Assembly (NCBI GenBank): GCA_964493475.1 | Contig: CAZBNS010000002.1 | Coordinates: 1-43,954 of the forward strand | Direction of reading: 5' to 3' | DNA: 43,954 nt | From: an uncultured Rhizobiaceae bacterium | GTDB lineage: Bacteria; Pseudomonadota; Alphaproteobacteria; Rickettsiales; UBA1997 | Shown here: positions 24,967 to 34,755 of the stretch, one piece after another | Numbering within the stretch: the stretch's first letter is position 1 | Layout of the letters: every line of letters starts with the position of its first letter | Position numbers and translations under genes: made by a program | Notes under the pieces: generated by a model | Database searches by the model: none | What the model was told of the DNA's origin: nothing | What the model saw: only the letters and a program-made list of their open reading frames with translations

Positions 24967-27087
24967 TTGATGTTTGAAATAAAAAGAAAAGAGATGGAGT
25001 GGGGCGGAAAAAAATTAAGTTTGGAAACTGGTAGAATTGGAAGGCAAGCAAGTTCGGTTATTGTTAGATATGGAAAGACTGTTGTAATGTGCAATGTAAC
25101 GGTTGCAAAAAAAGAAACAACAGGCATAGATTTTATACCATTAACTGTTTCTTATATTGAAAAATTTTATTCTGCTGGAAAAATACCTGGTGGATTTATA
25201 AAAAGAGAAACAAAACCTTCTGATAATGAAACATTAATTGCAAGAGCAATTGATAGGCCAATTAGACCTTTGTTCCCTTCAAATTATAGATATGAAACGA
25301 ATATTTTTTGTACTTTAATTGCTTATGATGAAGCTTGTCCGGTTGATGTTATTGCAATGATTGGGGCTTCTACAGCTTTAAGTATTTCACGAGCGCCTTT
25401 TGAAGATGTTATCGCAGGTGCAAAAGTGAGCTATAAAAATGGTGAGTATTTGCTAAATCAAGTAGAACCGTTTGAAAATAATGGTAAATTAGATTTAACT
25501 GTTGCTGGAACAAAAGATTCAATTTTAATGGTTGAATCTGAAGCAAAAGAATTAAGCGAAACTGAAATGTTAAAAGCATTGGCTTTCGGACATGCTGAAT
25601 TAGGCAAAGTTGTTGATTTTATTAAATCATTTATTGCAGAATGCAAAGTTGAAAAATTAAAAATTGAAGAACAAGATTTTTCACAATTAGAAAAAGATAT
25701 TGCTGATTTTGCAACAACAGATATTAAAGAAGCATACAATATAGTAGCAAAGCAGGAAAGAGTATCTAAAATTGAAGAAATAACTGAAAAAATTAGGGAA
25801 AAGTTTGTTGGAGAAAGTGAAGACGAAACTTTATCTAATAAAGTTGATGAAATTCAAAGAGATATTGAAAGAGATATCGTTAGAAAAATGGTTCTTAGCG
25901 AAGGCAAAAGAATTGATGGAAGAAAAGTAAATCAAGTTAGGCCTATCAAATCCGAAATTGATATATTGCCGATTGTTCATGGTTCCGCTCTATTTACTAG
26001 AGGCGAAACTCAAGCATTGGTTATCACAACGCTTGGTTCAGAGCATGACGAACAATTATTAGATAATATTTCTGAAGCTGAAGATAGCCAAGATTTCTTA
26101 TTGCATTATAATTTTCCTCCTTATGCGGTTGGTGAAGTTGGTGCATTAAGAGCTCCGGGCAGAAGAGAAATCGGACATGGCAAACTAGCGTGGAAAGCAA
26201 TTCATAATATAATCGACAAAAAAGACTTCCCTTATACTATAAGAGTTGTATCTGAAATCACGGAATCAAATGGCTCTTCGTCAATGGCTACAGTTTGCGG
26301 AACTTCATTGTCTTTAATGGCAAGCGGCGTTCCTATGAAAGCCCCAGTATCTGGTATTGCTATGGGTTTAATTAAAGAGAAAGATAGTTTTGTAGTTTTA
26401 AGCGATATTATGGGCGATGAAGATCACTTGGGCGATATGGATTTCAAGGTTGCTGGAACAAAAGATGGTATTACAGCGCTTCAAATGGATATTAAATGCA
26501 AGGGCGTAAATGAAGAAATTATGACTGTTGCATTAAACCAAGCGAAAGACGGCAGATTTCATATTCTTGAAAAAATGGCTGAAGCCATAGGGGAATCAAG
26601 GCCTGATATTTCCGAAACTGCACCAAGACCTTTGACTATGAAAATTAAAACAGAAAAAATCAAAGAAGTAATTGGACCTAAAGGCAAGAATATCAAAGAG
26701 ATTATTGAAAAAACTGGAACTTCTATTGATATTTCTGATGATGGAACCGTTGTTATTATGTCAAACAATCCAGAAAACAGCGAGGCTGCTAAAAAATTAA
26801 TTGAAGCAATCGTTGGCGGTGGAAAAAGCGAACTAGAAATGGGAAAAATATATGAAGGAAAAGTATTAAAAGTTGTTGAGTTTGGTGCCTTTGTTGATTT
26901 ACCGGGAAAGGATGATGGATTTATTCATATTAGCCAATTAGCTGATTACAGAGTTGAATTTGTTGATGACATCATTCATGAAGGCGACATTGTAAAAGTT
27001 AAATTAATTGGTTTTGATAAAAATAATAAACCTAAGTTAAGCTACAAGGTTGTAAATCAAAAAACCGGTGAGGATTTAGAAAAATAA
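24967..27087 (+). CDS. pnp: Polyribonucleotide nucleotidyltransferase (PNPase)
   Basis: It has two RNase PH domains, a KH domain and a C-terminal S1 domain. Size is 706 aa and it lies downstream of rpsO. Confidence 0.97.
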   Translation: MMFEIKRKEMEWGGKKLSLETGRIGRQASSVIVRYGKTVVMCNVTVAKKETTGIDFIPLTVSYIEKFYSAGKIPGGFIKRETKPSDNETLIARAIDRPIRPLFPSNYRYETNIFCTLIAYDEACPVDVIAMIGASTALSISRAPFEDVIAGAKVSYKNGEYLLNQVEPFENNGKLDLTVAGTKDSILMVESEAKELSETEMLKALAFGHAELGKVVDFIKSFIAECKVEKLKIEEQDFSQLEKDIADFATTDIKEAYNIVAKQERVSKIEEITEKIREKFVGESEDETLSNKVDEIQRDIERDIVRKMVLSEGKRIDGRKVNQVRPIKSEIDILPIVHGSALFTRGETQALVITTLGSEHDEQLLDNISEAEDSQDFLLHYNFPPYAVGEVGALRAPGRREIGHGKLAWKAIHNIIDKKDFPYTIRVVSEITESNGSSSMATVCGTSLSLMASGVPMKAPVSGIAMGLIKEKDSFVVLSDIMGDEDHLGDMDFKVAGTKDGITALQMDIKCKGVNEEIMTVALNQAKDGRFHILEKMAEAIGESRPDISETAPRPLTMKIKTEKIKEVIGPKGKNIKEIIEKTGTSIDISDDGTVVIMSNNPENSEAAKKLIEAIVGGGKSELEMGKIYEGKVLKVVEFGAFVDLPGKDDGFIHISQLADYRVEFVDDIIHEGDIVKVKLIGFDKNNKPKLSYKVVNQKTGEDLEK

Positions 27088-27149
27088 TTTAAGTTTGAAG
27101 ACAATCTATATTGTTTTCGAACTTTTGTTTAATAAAAAAAAGGAAAAAG

Positions 27150-27485
27150 ATGTTTGATAATAAGAAAAATTTTGATAATAAGAACAAATTTAAAGTAAAT
27201 AGAGGGGAATTCAACCCAAATATTGAGGTCGGACAGGTTTACAAAGGTAAAGTTATAAAAATTTTAAATTCTGGTGCTTTTGTAGAATTTCCTGAAAGTC
27301 CAAAAAAAGACGGTTTCGTTCATATAAGCCAATTAGCTAATCATAGAGTTGAAACTGTTAATGATGTATTAAAAGAAGGTGAAATATATTATTTTAAATT
27401 AGTAGGTTTTGATTTTAGCAGAAAACCAAAATTGAGTTTCAAAGCTGTAGATCAAAAGACCGGTAAAGACATTGAAACTAAATAA
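27150..27485 (+). CDS. Stand-alone S1 RNA-binding domain protein, paralog of the PNPase C-terminus
   Basis: VGQVYKGKVIKILNSGAFVEFP..KDGFVHISQLANHRVE.V.DVLKEGE...KLVGFD...KPKLSFKAVDQKTGKDIE aligns along its length with PNPase residues ~630-706. The start is taken at ATG 27150 (AGGAAAAAG upstream) rather than TTG 27111. Confidence 0.8.
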   Translation: MFDNKKNFDNKNKFKVNRGEFNPNIEVGQVYKGKVIKILNSGAFVEFPESPKKDGFVHISQLANHRVETVNDVLKEGEIYYFKLVGFDFSRKPKLSFKAVDQKTGKDIETK

Positions 27486-27596
27486 ATTTTAATAAATATC
27501 AAACTTATTTTTTATATTAAAACTCAGCTCAATCAGCATTTATTGTGTATTAAACGTGCAAATTTCATTTATTTACATTACACATAACTCAACCTT

Positions 27597-27742
27597 ATCA
27601 TTGCTATGCTATATTTAGACAAGCTCAGCCTTGTCAAATAATTTCATCCATTGTCCTGTCATTACCATGCTAGATTGTGTTAACGAACGATCGTCCAGGT
27701 CATATTCTATATATAACAGACAAATCCGTCATTACCATGCTA
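27597..27742. repeat. Three direct repeats (a/g)tcatt(g/a)c(t/c)atgcta
   Basis: gtcattaccatgcta occurs at 27658-27672 and 27728-27742, with a degenerate atcattgctatgcta at 27597-11. A hairpin gacaag/cttgtc lies at 27619-27636. Confidence 0.55.
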
Positions 27743-27963
27743 TATTTTGTTAGATACTATTCACAAAGGTTTTTGCAGATTAAAATCACTTTCACAAAAA
27801 CATGCGAGGAGTAGGTAAATTTTATTTATTGATGCATAATATATATCTCCAAAATAAAATTTACCTGCGACAAAGCATAATGAAGTGAAAGTCAACTTAT
27901 GATTAAATACTTTATGGTGTTGGTTCATAGATCCAACACCATATAGAAAATAAAAATTAAAAA

Positions 27964-29163
27964 CTAAGCGCTGGCTCCGCATTTTAAAAGCTTAAATGCT
28001 TCTTTTCTAATTACATCACCACCCACTCTTTTTGTGGTGTAAAATCTAACATAAGGTTTTGAAGTATATGGATCTCTCAAAATTCTTATATCGGTTCTAT
28101 CAACTATTTGATAAAATTTAAAATTACCAAAAACTACGGAAAAGCTGGAAGCTGCTAACCCTGGCATAAAGGCGCTTTGATAAACAGGGCAACCCATCAA
28201 AGTGTCTTCTTTGCCGCCTAACAATGCTGGCTGCCATAAATATGCACCGCTTGTTGAGTCCTTTAACATTCTGATTGCGCCTACTGCGGCTCTTGGCATT
28301 ATAAAACAAGCACCGTTAACATATTGTTCTTTTAGGCCATAATATAAATCTATTATGTCTTTTGCGTCTATGCCGCCATCGGTGGTATTATCGGATTCAA
28401 CAATGGTAATAGATGAATCTGCATAAGTTGTAATTCCTCGTGGCTGATTATATGTGTCGCCAGTTCCAACTAAAAAAGCCTCTTCTTCTGCTTGTGCAAA
28501 TTTTGACGCTAACTGCTGTGCCAACCAGTCTTCTATGTCAATAGAAGCGTCATCAAGTAATTTTTGTGTCACTTGCGGCTGTGCAACCAACTCATGAACT
28601 TTAATTGTTGCTTTAGTCAAAACAGAGGAATTTGTAGTATTAACTGTTCCAATTTCTGAATTCCAAGAAGCATCAAAACTGCTGTCGTCAATAACATCAA
28701 GTGCTGATGAAGAAATGTTTTGAACGGAGCAAATTTTTCTCATAAAACTTGTGCTGTTAACTTCATTGGTAATAATTCTTTGCATGCTAGGACTAACCAA
28801 ATAGCCACCGTAAGTTCCACTTAAGGCGGTTGTTAAATCAGCTTTTTGCTCCAAAGCAAGCAGAGGTGCGTCAACTCCTTTTGTCAAATAATTTCTTAGG
28901 GCTTTTTTATACTCGGAATTTTCATAACAATAATTTGAACTCTTGCTTTCAAGATTTGGTCTAGACATACTAATTTCAATCTTTTCCATTTTTTCATTTT
29001 GCTCATTGAGGAAATTATTTATTTTTTCTAACTCTTCTTTGACTAAGCAATCAGCCGAACCTTTCTTTTCAAGCTGTCTTAATCTTTCATCATTAACTTG
29101 TTTAAAATGCTCCCAAGCATTTCCAATTTGTTCAAGTTTATCATTTACTTCTTCTAAACTCAT
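27964..29163 (-). CDS. Phage/GTA major capsid protein, HK97 family
   Basis: It has an N-terminal coiled-coil delta-like segment (LEQIGNAWEHFKQVNDERLRQLEKKG) and an HK97-fold C-terminal region ending ..RVGGDV...EAFKLLK. Size is 399 aa. Confidence 0.88.
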   Translation of the reverse strand: MSLEEVNDKLEQIGNAWEHFKQVNDERLRQLEKKGSADCLVKEELEKINNFLNEQNEKMEKIEISMSRPNLESKSSNYCYENSEYKKALRNYLTKGVDAPLLALEQKADLTTALSGTYGGYLVSPSMQRIITNEVNSTSFMRKICSVQNISSSALDVIDDSSFDASWNSEIGTVNTTNSSVLTKATIKVHELVAQPQVTQKLLDDASIDIEDWLAQQLASKFAQAEEEAFLVGTGDTYNQPRGITTYADSSITIVESDNTTDGGIDAKDIIDLYYGLKEQYVNGACFIMPRAAVGAIRMLKDSTSGAYLWQPALLGGKEDTLMGCPVYQSAFMPGLAASSFSVVFGNFKFYQIVDRTDIRILRDPYTSKPYVRFYTTKRVGGDVIRKEAFKLLKCGASA

Positions 29164-29222
29164 ATAATTTTAATTTATTAATAAATAGCCCAAATGGGTT
29201 TAATTAATTTTTAAAATTTATA

Positions 29223-29639
29223 TTATCGTCGGGAAGTATAATATATGCCAGCAGGAAAATAATGTCTAGTTTTATCTTTTGTATCAGGATTTGAATATTT
29301 TTTTCTCAACGCACACACGCCAAGGCTAATTCCATACATTCTGCAAAGCTTGGCTGTATCTTGAAGAAAGAATATTGGATTTTCTTCTAAATTCACATCA
29401 ACTTCATGATTTTCAAAATACTTGCGATCTTGCATACTTGAACGATTAACGACATGTATATCAACTTTAAGACCATTTTCCTCATATACTTTGTGTCTTA
29501 TATTATCCTCTGCCACTATGCAGAATTTAAGAATTTTTTCCTCTAATACAACTGCAATTAGACCTTGTGGCCTCTTAAAAACAACTGCTTCATTGTTAAA
29601 ATCAAACCGTGTTGTTTCAACTTCTTCTAATCTTTGCAT
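29223..29639 (-). CDS. Hypothetical protein upstream of the capsid gene
   Basis: This 138-aa ORF has no motif I recognise. It occupies the position where a prohead protease or scaffold would sit. Confidence 0.45.
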   Translation of the reverse strand: MQRLEEVETTRFDFNNEAVVFKRPQGLIAVVLEEKILKFCIVAEDNIRHKVYEENGLKVDIHVVNRSSMQDRKYFENHEVDVNLEENPIFFLQDTAKLCRMYGISLGVCALRKKYSNPDTKDKTRHYFPAGIYYTSRR

Positions 29640-29788
29640 ATATTTTAAAGAAATTGCCTCTATTTTAAAAAATAAAGATAACTTTTAACAATGTCAAACT
29701 TTGTTTTGTGGTTATTTTATTTTAATTGATAACCCAACTTTGTTGTATAAATACAAATGGAAGCTAATTATGGGTAATTTGCAACTGC

Positions 29789-31024
29789 CTAATAATTTAT
29801 AATATCACCGATTTTATGTTTTTTTAAAGTGTCATTCGGCAACTTTACAGACAAATAATTCTCTGTTCTGCCAACCGTTTCATTTTCAATTAAAACTTTA
29901 TGCGGCAATTTCATTTGCTCTTTTGTAAATTCTTGAAGTTGTTTTTCTGCTAAATTCCTCAATTCCTTTGCTCTTTCTCTTCTAATTTCAACTGGAACTT
30001 GCTCCATTAAAGCCGCAGGGGTATTTTCTCTAATGGAATATGGAAAAATATGTCCGAATACTAAATTAATTTCTTTTATTAAGTTATATGAATTTTTATG
30101 CATTTCATTTGTTTCACGTGGAAAACCAGCAATTAAATCTGCACCAATGGCTATATTAGGCCTGTATTTTCTAATTTCGTTGCAAAAATTTATTACTTGT
30201 TCTCTATTATGCCTTCTTGCCATAAGTTTTAATATTGTATTATCACCAGACTGCAAACTTAAATGAATATGCGGCATAACTCTTTCTTCATTAAACAAAA
30301 CGTCTCTTAAATCATCATTAATATCAGCAATATCAATTGATGATAGCCTCAGCCTTAATAAATTTGTTTCTTTTAATATTTTTTTTATTAATTTTCCAAG
30401 ATTTATGTCTTCATTAAGCCTTTTTCCATAGTCTGTAATGTTAATTCCAGTTAAAACTATTTCATTATAATTATTCTCAACCAAAACATTAATTTGATCT
30501 ATAACTTTTTCTGGTGAAACAGAAACGCTTTTGCCTCTTGCTAATCTTGTCGCACAAAATGTGCAACGATTATCACAACCAGATTGAATTTGTATAAAAC
30601 CCCTGGTTCTTTCCTCAAATCCTGTAATTAATTGTGGAGCCAATTCATCCAAATCATTAATATTATTAATTAAAATAGGTTTTTTTTCTTTTTTGCTAAT
30701 TAATGAAACTAATAATTCATAATTATTTGCCCTCATTTTATCATGATTACCAAAAACAAAATCTACTTCGCTCATTTCTTCATAAATTTTTCCATTAGTT
30801 TGAGCTGCACAGCCAACAACGCCAATTATAGCATTTGGATTTTCTTTTCTTTGCTTTCTTATTGCTTGTCTTAATTGTTTTTCCGCTTCTGATGTAACGG
30901 TGCAGGAATTAAAAATAATTATTTCTTTATTTTCTAATTCTTTATTATTCTGAAGAAAAGTTTTTATTACTTCGCTTTCATAAGTATTTAAGCGACACCC
31001 GAATGTTATTAGTTTTACAGACAT
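29789..31024 (-). CDS. Radical-SAM tRNA methylthiotransferase, MtaB/MiaB-like
   Basis: It has an N-terminal UPF0004 domain (ITFGCRLNTYESE) and the radical SAM motif CDNRCTFC. Size is 411 aa. Confidence 0.85.
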   Translation of the reverse strand: MSVKLITFGCRLNTYESEVIKTFLQNNKELENKEIIIFNSCTVTSEAEKQLRQAIRKQRKENPNAIIGVVGCAAQTNGKIYEEMSEVDFVFGNHDKMRANNYELLVSLISKKEKKPILINNINDLDELAPQLITGFEERTRGFIQIQSGCDNRCTFCATRLARGKSVSVSPEKVIDQINVLVENNYNEIVLTGINITDYGKRLNEDINLGKLIKKILKETNLLRLRLSSIDIADINDDLRDVLFNEERVMPHIHLSLQSGDNTILKLMARRHNREQVINFCNEIRKYRPNIAIGADLIAGFPRETNEMHKNSYNLIKEINLVFGHIFPYSIRENTPAALMEQVPVEIRRERAKELRNLAEKQLQEFTKEQMKLPHKVLIENETVGRTENYLSVKLPNDTLKKHKIGDIINY

Positions 31025-31747
31025 TTATAAAAAGAATACTAATAACAAAAAGGAAGCGATTAATGCTGGAGCAAATGGAAAATATTCATTCTTTCTGATT
31101 TTTTTCCATATTAAGCCAAAAATAACTCCAAATAATCCAGCTAAGAATAAAAACATTATGATATTCTTTACTCCTAAAATTAATCCAATTATTGTTATAA
31201 ATTTTATGTCTCCACCGCCCAAAGCTTCTTTTTTCTTCCACTTGCTTACTAAAAATGCTGTCAAATAAAATACTATAAAATACGCAAAACCTGACAAAAT
31301 AGAATAACAAAAATCATAATCATTGTAAAAAACAAAAGTTAAACTTAAAACTAACAACGATATTTGCAATAAATCTGGCAAGGTATATGTTTCTAAGTCC
31401 GCTACAAACATTGTTAAACATACAACAATAATTAAGTCAAAAATTATTGTATTTAAGCTAACGCCAAATTTAAGATAGGATAAAACAAACAAAACAGCTG
31501 CTGTAATTTCAATTAATGGGTATCTTATAGATATTTTTGTTCCACAATTTACACATTTTCCTTTTTGAAAAATCCAAGATAAAATTGGAATTAAAGATAA
31601 AAATTTTAGTGGTTTATTACATTTAGGACAATAAGATTTTTTTAAAACAATGTCCTGTTTTCTTGGCAACCTATAGCTTGCCATTGTAATAAAACTTCCA
31701 AAACATGCTCCGAATAAAAGTGAAAACATTATGTATAAACTTTCCAT
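31025..31747 (-). CDS. Prepilin peptidase (A24 family, PilD-like)
   Basis: It has an N-terminal Cys-rich box CPKC..C..CG, multiple TM helices and GGGDIKF. Its stop abuts the mtaB-like start. Confidence 0.88.
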   Translation of the reverse strand: MESLYIMFSLLFGACFGSFITMASYRLPRKQDIVLKKSYCPKCNKPLKFLSLIPILSWIFQKGKCVNCGTKISIRYPLIEITAAVLFVLSYLKFGVSLNTIIFDLIIVVCLTMFVADLETYTLPDLLQISLLVLSLTFVFYNDYDFCYSILSGFAYFIVFYLTAFLVSKWKKKEALGGGDIKFITIIGLILGVKNIIMFLFLAGLFGVIFGLIWKKIRKNEYFPFAPALIASFLLLVFFL

Positions 31748-31866
31748 ATTATATTATTGTAGTTTTCTGTATTTATTTTAATTTTATTTTTTTCAATAGC
31801 AATTATTTTTATTGAATTTTATAACTTTATTTCTAATATATAGAAAAATGCTAATAATAAGTAAAA

Positions 31867-33420
31867 ATGGAATTTTCTAGGACAAAAACAATATTTATTC
31901 TTTTGGTTTGTTTGATTGGTATATTGTTAAGTTTGGGAAACTTTTATGATTTAGGCATATTCTCCAAGAATACGGTTCATTTAGGACTTGACTTAAGAGG
32001 AGGATCTCAAATTCTATTAAAAATAGATTATGACAACTATGTAAAAGAACAGCTAGCAAATACAATTTCTGACTTAAAAACCGAATTTAGAAAAAATCAA
32101 ATAAGAACTATTCCACAATTAAAAATTGAAGTAAAAGACGGTGAAAAAGAAAACTATATTTATTTCGTTTTAACTTCTGAATCAGATTTAAAACCTATAA
32201 AAAAAATCATAAATAACGTAAATCCAAATTTAGACTTAAAACGAGTTATGAATGATATTTATATAAAATATAATAAAGATACTCTGGAAAAAATAAAATA
32301 TAGATTATTAGAGCAATCAATAGAAATTGTCAGAAAAAGAATTGACGAAACTGGAACAAAAGAACCTACAATTCAAGCTCAGGGAAGAGATAGAATTTTA
32401 GTTCAAGTTCCCGGTATGGAAAGTCCGGATGAATTAAAAAAAGTTTTGGGTAAAACCGCAAAAATGACTTTCCATTTTGTAAACACTGAAATTTTAAAAG
32501 ATGGGGTTTTACCTCCAAATGTTGAAAGAATGAAAGAAATGAACGGAAATTATTACTACAATGTTGATAAAACTGTGATTTTAAGTGGCGATTTATTACA
32601 AGATGCAAACGCAACATACAGCGAAGGAAAACCAGCTGTAGGCTTTAAATTTAATGACTTAGGTGCAAAAAAGTTTGCTGACATCACAAAAGCCAATCTT
32701 GGCAGAATATTAGCCATAGTTTTGGATAATGAGGTAATCACTGCACCACGAATTAATACTCCAATACTCGCTGGAAACGGAATAATAACTGGAAATTTCA
32801 CCACAGCGGAAGCAAATCAAGTAGCCTTATTATTAAGGGCTGGAGCATTGCCTGCGCCACTAGAAGTTATTGAAGAAAGGGTTGTAGGACCATCATTAGG
32901 ACAAGACTCAATCAAAAGCGGACTTAACGCTTGCATGATAGGATTTATCCTTACATTATTATTTGTATTATTTATTTACAGATTCTTTGGTATTTTAACG
33001 TGCATCACATTAGTAATTAACCTATTCATAACATTGGGCGCTTTATCGCTAATAAATGCAACTCTAACTTTACCAGGTATAGCCGGTATTGTTTTATCAA
33101 TAGGAATGGCAGTTGATACAAATGTTTTAATTTTTGAAAGAATTAAAGAAGAATATAAAGCATCTGGCAAAGTTTATAATTCTGTAGCTAGTGGATTTGA
33201 TTTCGCATGGACAACTATTTTTGACTCAAATATTACCACACTACTAGTAGCAATAATATTGTTTGCTTTAGGAACTGGAGCAATTAAAGGCTTCGCTTTA
33301 GTTCTTGGAATTGGTATATTTGCTTCTTTATTTTCCGGAGTTTTATTAACAAAATTATTATTATCTGCTTGGTTAAACAAATTCCAACCAAGACAAATTA
33401 AAATGTGGAGTGTCAAATGA
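31867..33420 (+). CDS. secD: Protein translocase subunit SecD
   Basis: LGLDLRGGSQILL, a periplasmic domain and six C-terminal TM helices with SIGMAVDTNVLIFERIKEE are present. Confidence 0.92.
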   Translation: MEFSRTKTIFILLVCLIGILLSLGNFYDLGIFSKNTVHLGLDLRGGSQILLKIDYDNYVKEQLANTISDLKTEFRKNQIRTIPQLKIEVKDGEKENYIYFVLTSESDLKPIKKIINNVNPNLDLKRVMNDIYIKYNKDTLEKIKYRLLEQSIEIVRKRIDETGTKEPTIQAQGRDRILVQVPGMESPDELKKVLGKTAKMTFHFVNTEILKDGVLPPNVERMKEMNGNYYYNVDKTVILSGDLLQDANATYSEGKPAVGFKFNDLGAKKFADITKANLGRILAIVLDNEVITAPRINTPILAGNGIITGNFTTAEANQVALLLRAGALPAPLEVIEERVVGPSLGQDSIKSGLNACMIGFILTLLFVLFIYRFFGILTCITLVINLFITLGALSLINATLTLPGIAGIVLSIGMAVDTNVLIFERIKEEYKASGKVYNSVASGFDFAWTTIFDSNITTLLVAIILFALGTGAIKGFALVLGIGIFASLFSGVLLTKLLLSAWLNKFQPRQIKMWSVK

Positions 33421-34694
33421 AATTATTTAAGTATGCTTTAGTTCTATTATTATGTTCTACTTTATCAGCCTTCGCCGAGAACTATGATGATGATATTTAT
33501 GAAGACAGCGGCAGTTATTCAACCAAATCAACGCCAAAAAAACAAAATACTAATAACCCAAGCACAAAAAATACAAATAAAGATTCAATTTTTGAAGGCT
33601 ATATCTTAAGCGAATTTTATGTAAATACACTCACGGACGCAAAAGACAAAGTCAGAAAAAACGACAGCCCAACAAATTCATATTTATATTTGGAATCACT
33701 AGCAAAATTAAACATTGGAAAAGGTTTTTTTGCCGAAACAAAGTGGTATTTAAAGCCAGTAAATAAAAGACTTTACACGGGCGATATTTATGCAAAAGAC
33801 ACATCCCGTGTTATAGGAGATTCTTCTAACAGTGATTTTTACGGAAAGGATAATTACGTTAAGCGAACTTTTCAATTTTCAAGCTACGGTTTAGGCATTG
33901 AAACTTTATACGCTGGTTATAAAAATTCAAACTTAGCTTTTGGTTTAGGAAAAATAACTCCAACTTTTGCAACCGCTTATGATAAATCAAGATTTAGCGG
34001 TGTATATGGCATTAAAGTTCCAGAAGAATATGAATTAACTGACAAAATAGGCGGCTATGTATCAGCAATCTTTCCATTCGGTAATTTAACATTTAATATG
34101 TTCTACGACGATACAACAGATTTAAGCAACACAATGTTTAAAAAACAAGGAAGAGATAAATCAAAAGGCGGAGCTGGAAATACCGAAAAATTAAACAATT
34201 TCTCTTTAACGTTTAATGGAAAATTTGACAACTTATCATTAAATTTAGGCTACAGACAACTAGAAGCGTCTTTGCCGCAAGAAAGCAATGAAAATGGATA
34301 CACAATTGGCCTTGAATATTTAGTAGAATTGCCTTACGACATTAATTTCTTACCATTTGTAGAGTATACTTATTTAGACGATTTTGATGGCATGAAATCA
34401 AGAGATGTATCTTACTTTACAGTATTCTTACCTATGATTTATGAAAACTGGCATTTCATTCTTTCAAACACTTCAAAATATGACGACGAAAGAAATTACC
34501 GCAATTATACAAGTTATTTAACTCAGGCCTCAGTTGGTTATAAATTTGACTTTGGATTAATGATTGATGTTGCAAAAGTTTGGGAAAGATATGTAAGAAA
34601 AGCTGATGGATTTAGCGAAGTAGGCGCTAGAGATAAATGGGTAAAACATGCTGATTCTTGGGCATTTATGATATCATATTTATTTAATTTTTAA
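33417..34694 (+). CDS. Putative outer-membrane beta-barrel protein/porin
   Basis: The signal peptide is MKLFKYALVLLLCSTLSAFA. Alternating beta-strand patterns run through the protein, and it ends in an aromatic residue (..SYLFNF). The start ATG 33417 overlaps the secD stop (ATGA). Confidence 0.6.
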   Translation: MKLFKYALVLLLCSTLSAFAENYDDDIYEDSGSYSTKSTPKKQNTNNPSTKNTNKDSIFEGYILSEFYVNTLTDAKDKVRKNDSPTNSYLYLESLAKLNIGKGFFAETKWYLKPVNKRLYTGDIYAKDTSRVIGDSSNSDFYGKDNYVKRTFQFSSYGLGIETLYAGYKNSNLAFGLGKITPTFATAYDKSRFSGVYGIKVPEEYELTDKIGGYVSAIFPFGNLTFNMFYDDTTDLSNTMFKKQGRDKSKGGAGNTEKLNNFSLTFNGKFDNLSLNLGYRQLEASLPQESNENGYTIGLEYLVELPYDINFLPFVEYTYLDDFDGMKSRDVSYFTVFLPMIYENWHFILSNTSKYDDERNYRNYTSYLTQASVGYKFDFGLMIDVAKVWERYVRKADGFSEVGARDKWVKHADSWAFMISYLFNF

Positions 34695-34755
34695 TAGTTT
34701 AATAGAATATAATAATCTATAAAAATACAGAAAATCGTTGGGAGATTTACATTTT

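Noticed and set aside
27111-27149. The TTG-initiated N-terminal extension of the S1-domain ORF, and likewise the 42410-42466 extension of sdaA
   Set aside because: The internal ATG codons (27150 and 42467) have better ribosome-binding context. For sdaA, the ATG reproduces the canonical N-terminus M..LS.FD.FKVGIGPSSSHT.
27761-27982. A 73-aa minus-strand ORF overlapping the capsid gene 3' end
   Set aside because: It lies in the repeat- and hairpin-rich spacer, overlaps the capsid stop, and has neither an SD nor a recognisable motif.
29223-29639. Calling this ORF the HK97-type prohead protease
   Set aside because: Only its position upstream of the capsid gene suggests this. I cannot find the protease His/Ser motifs, so it is left as hypothetical.
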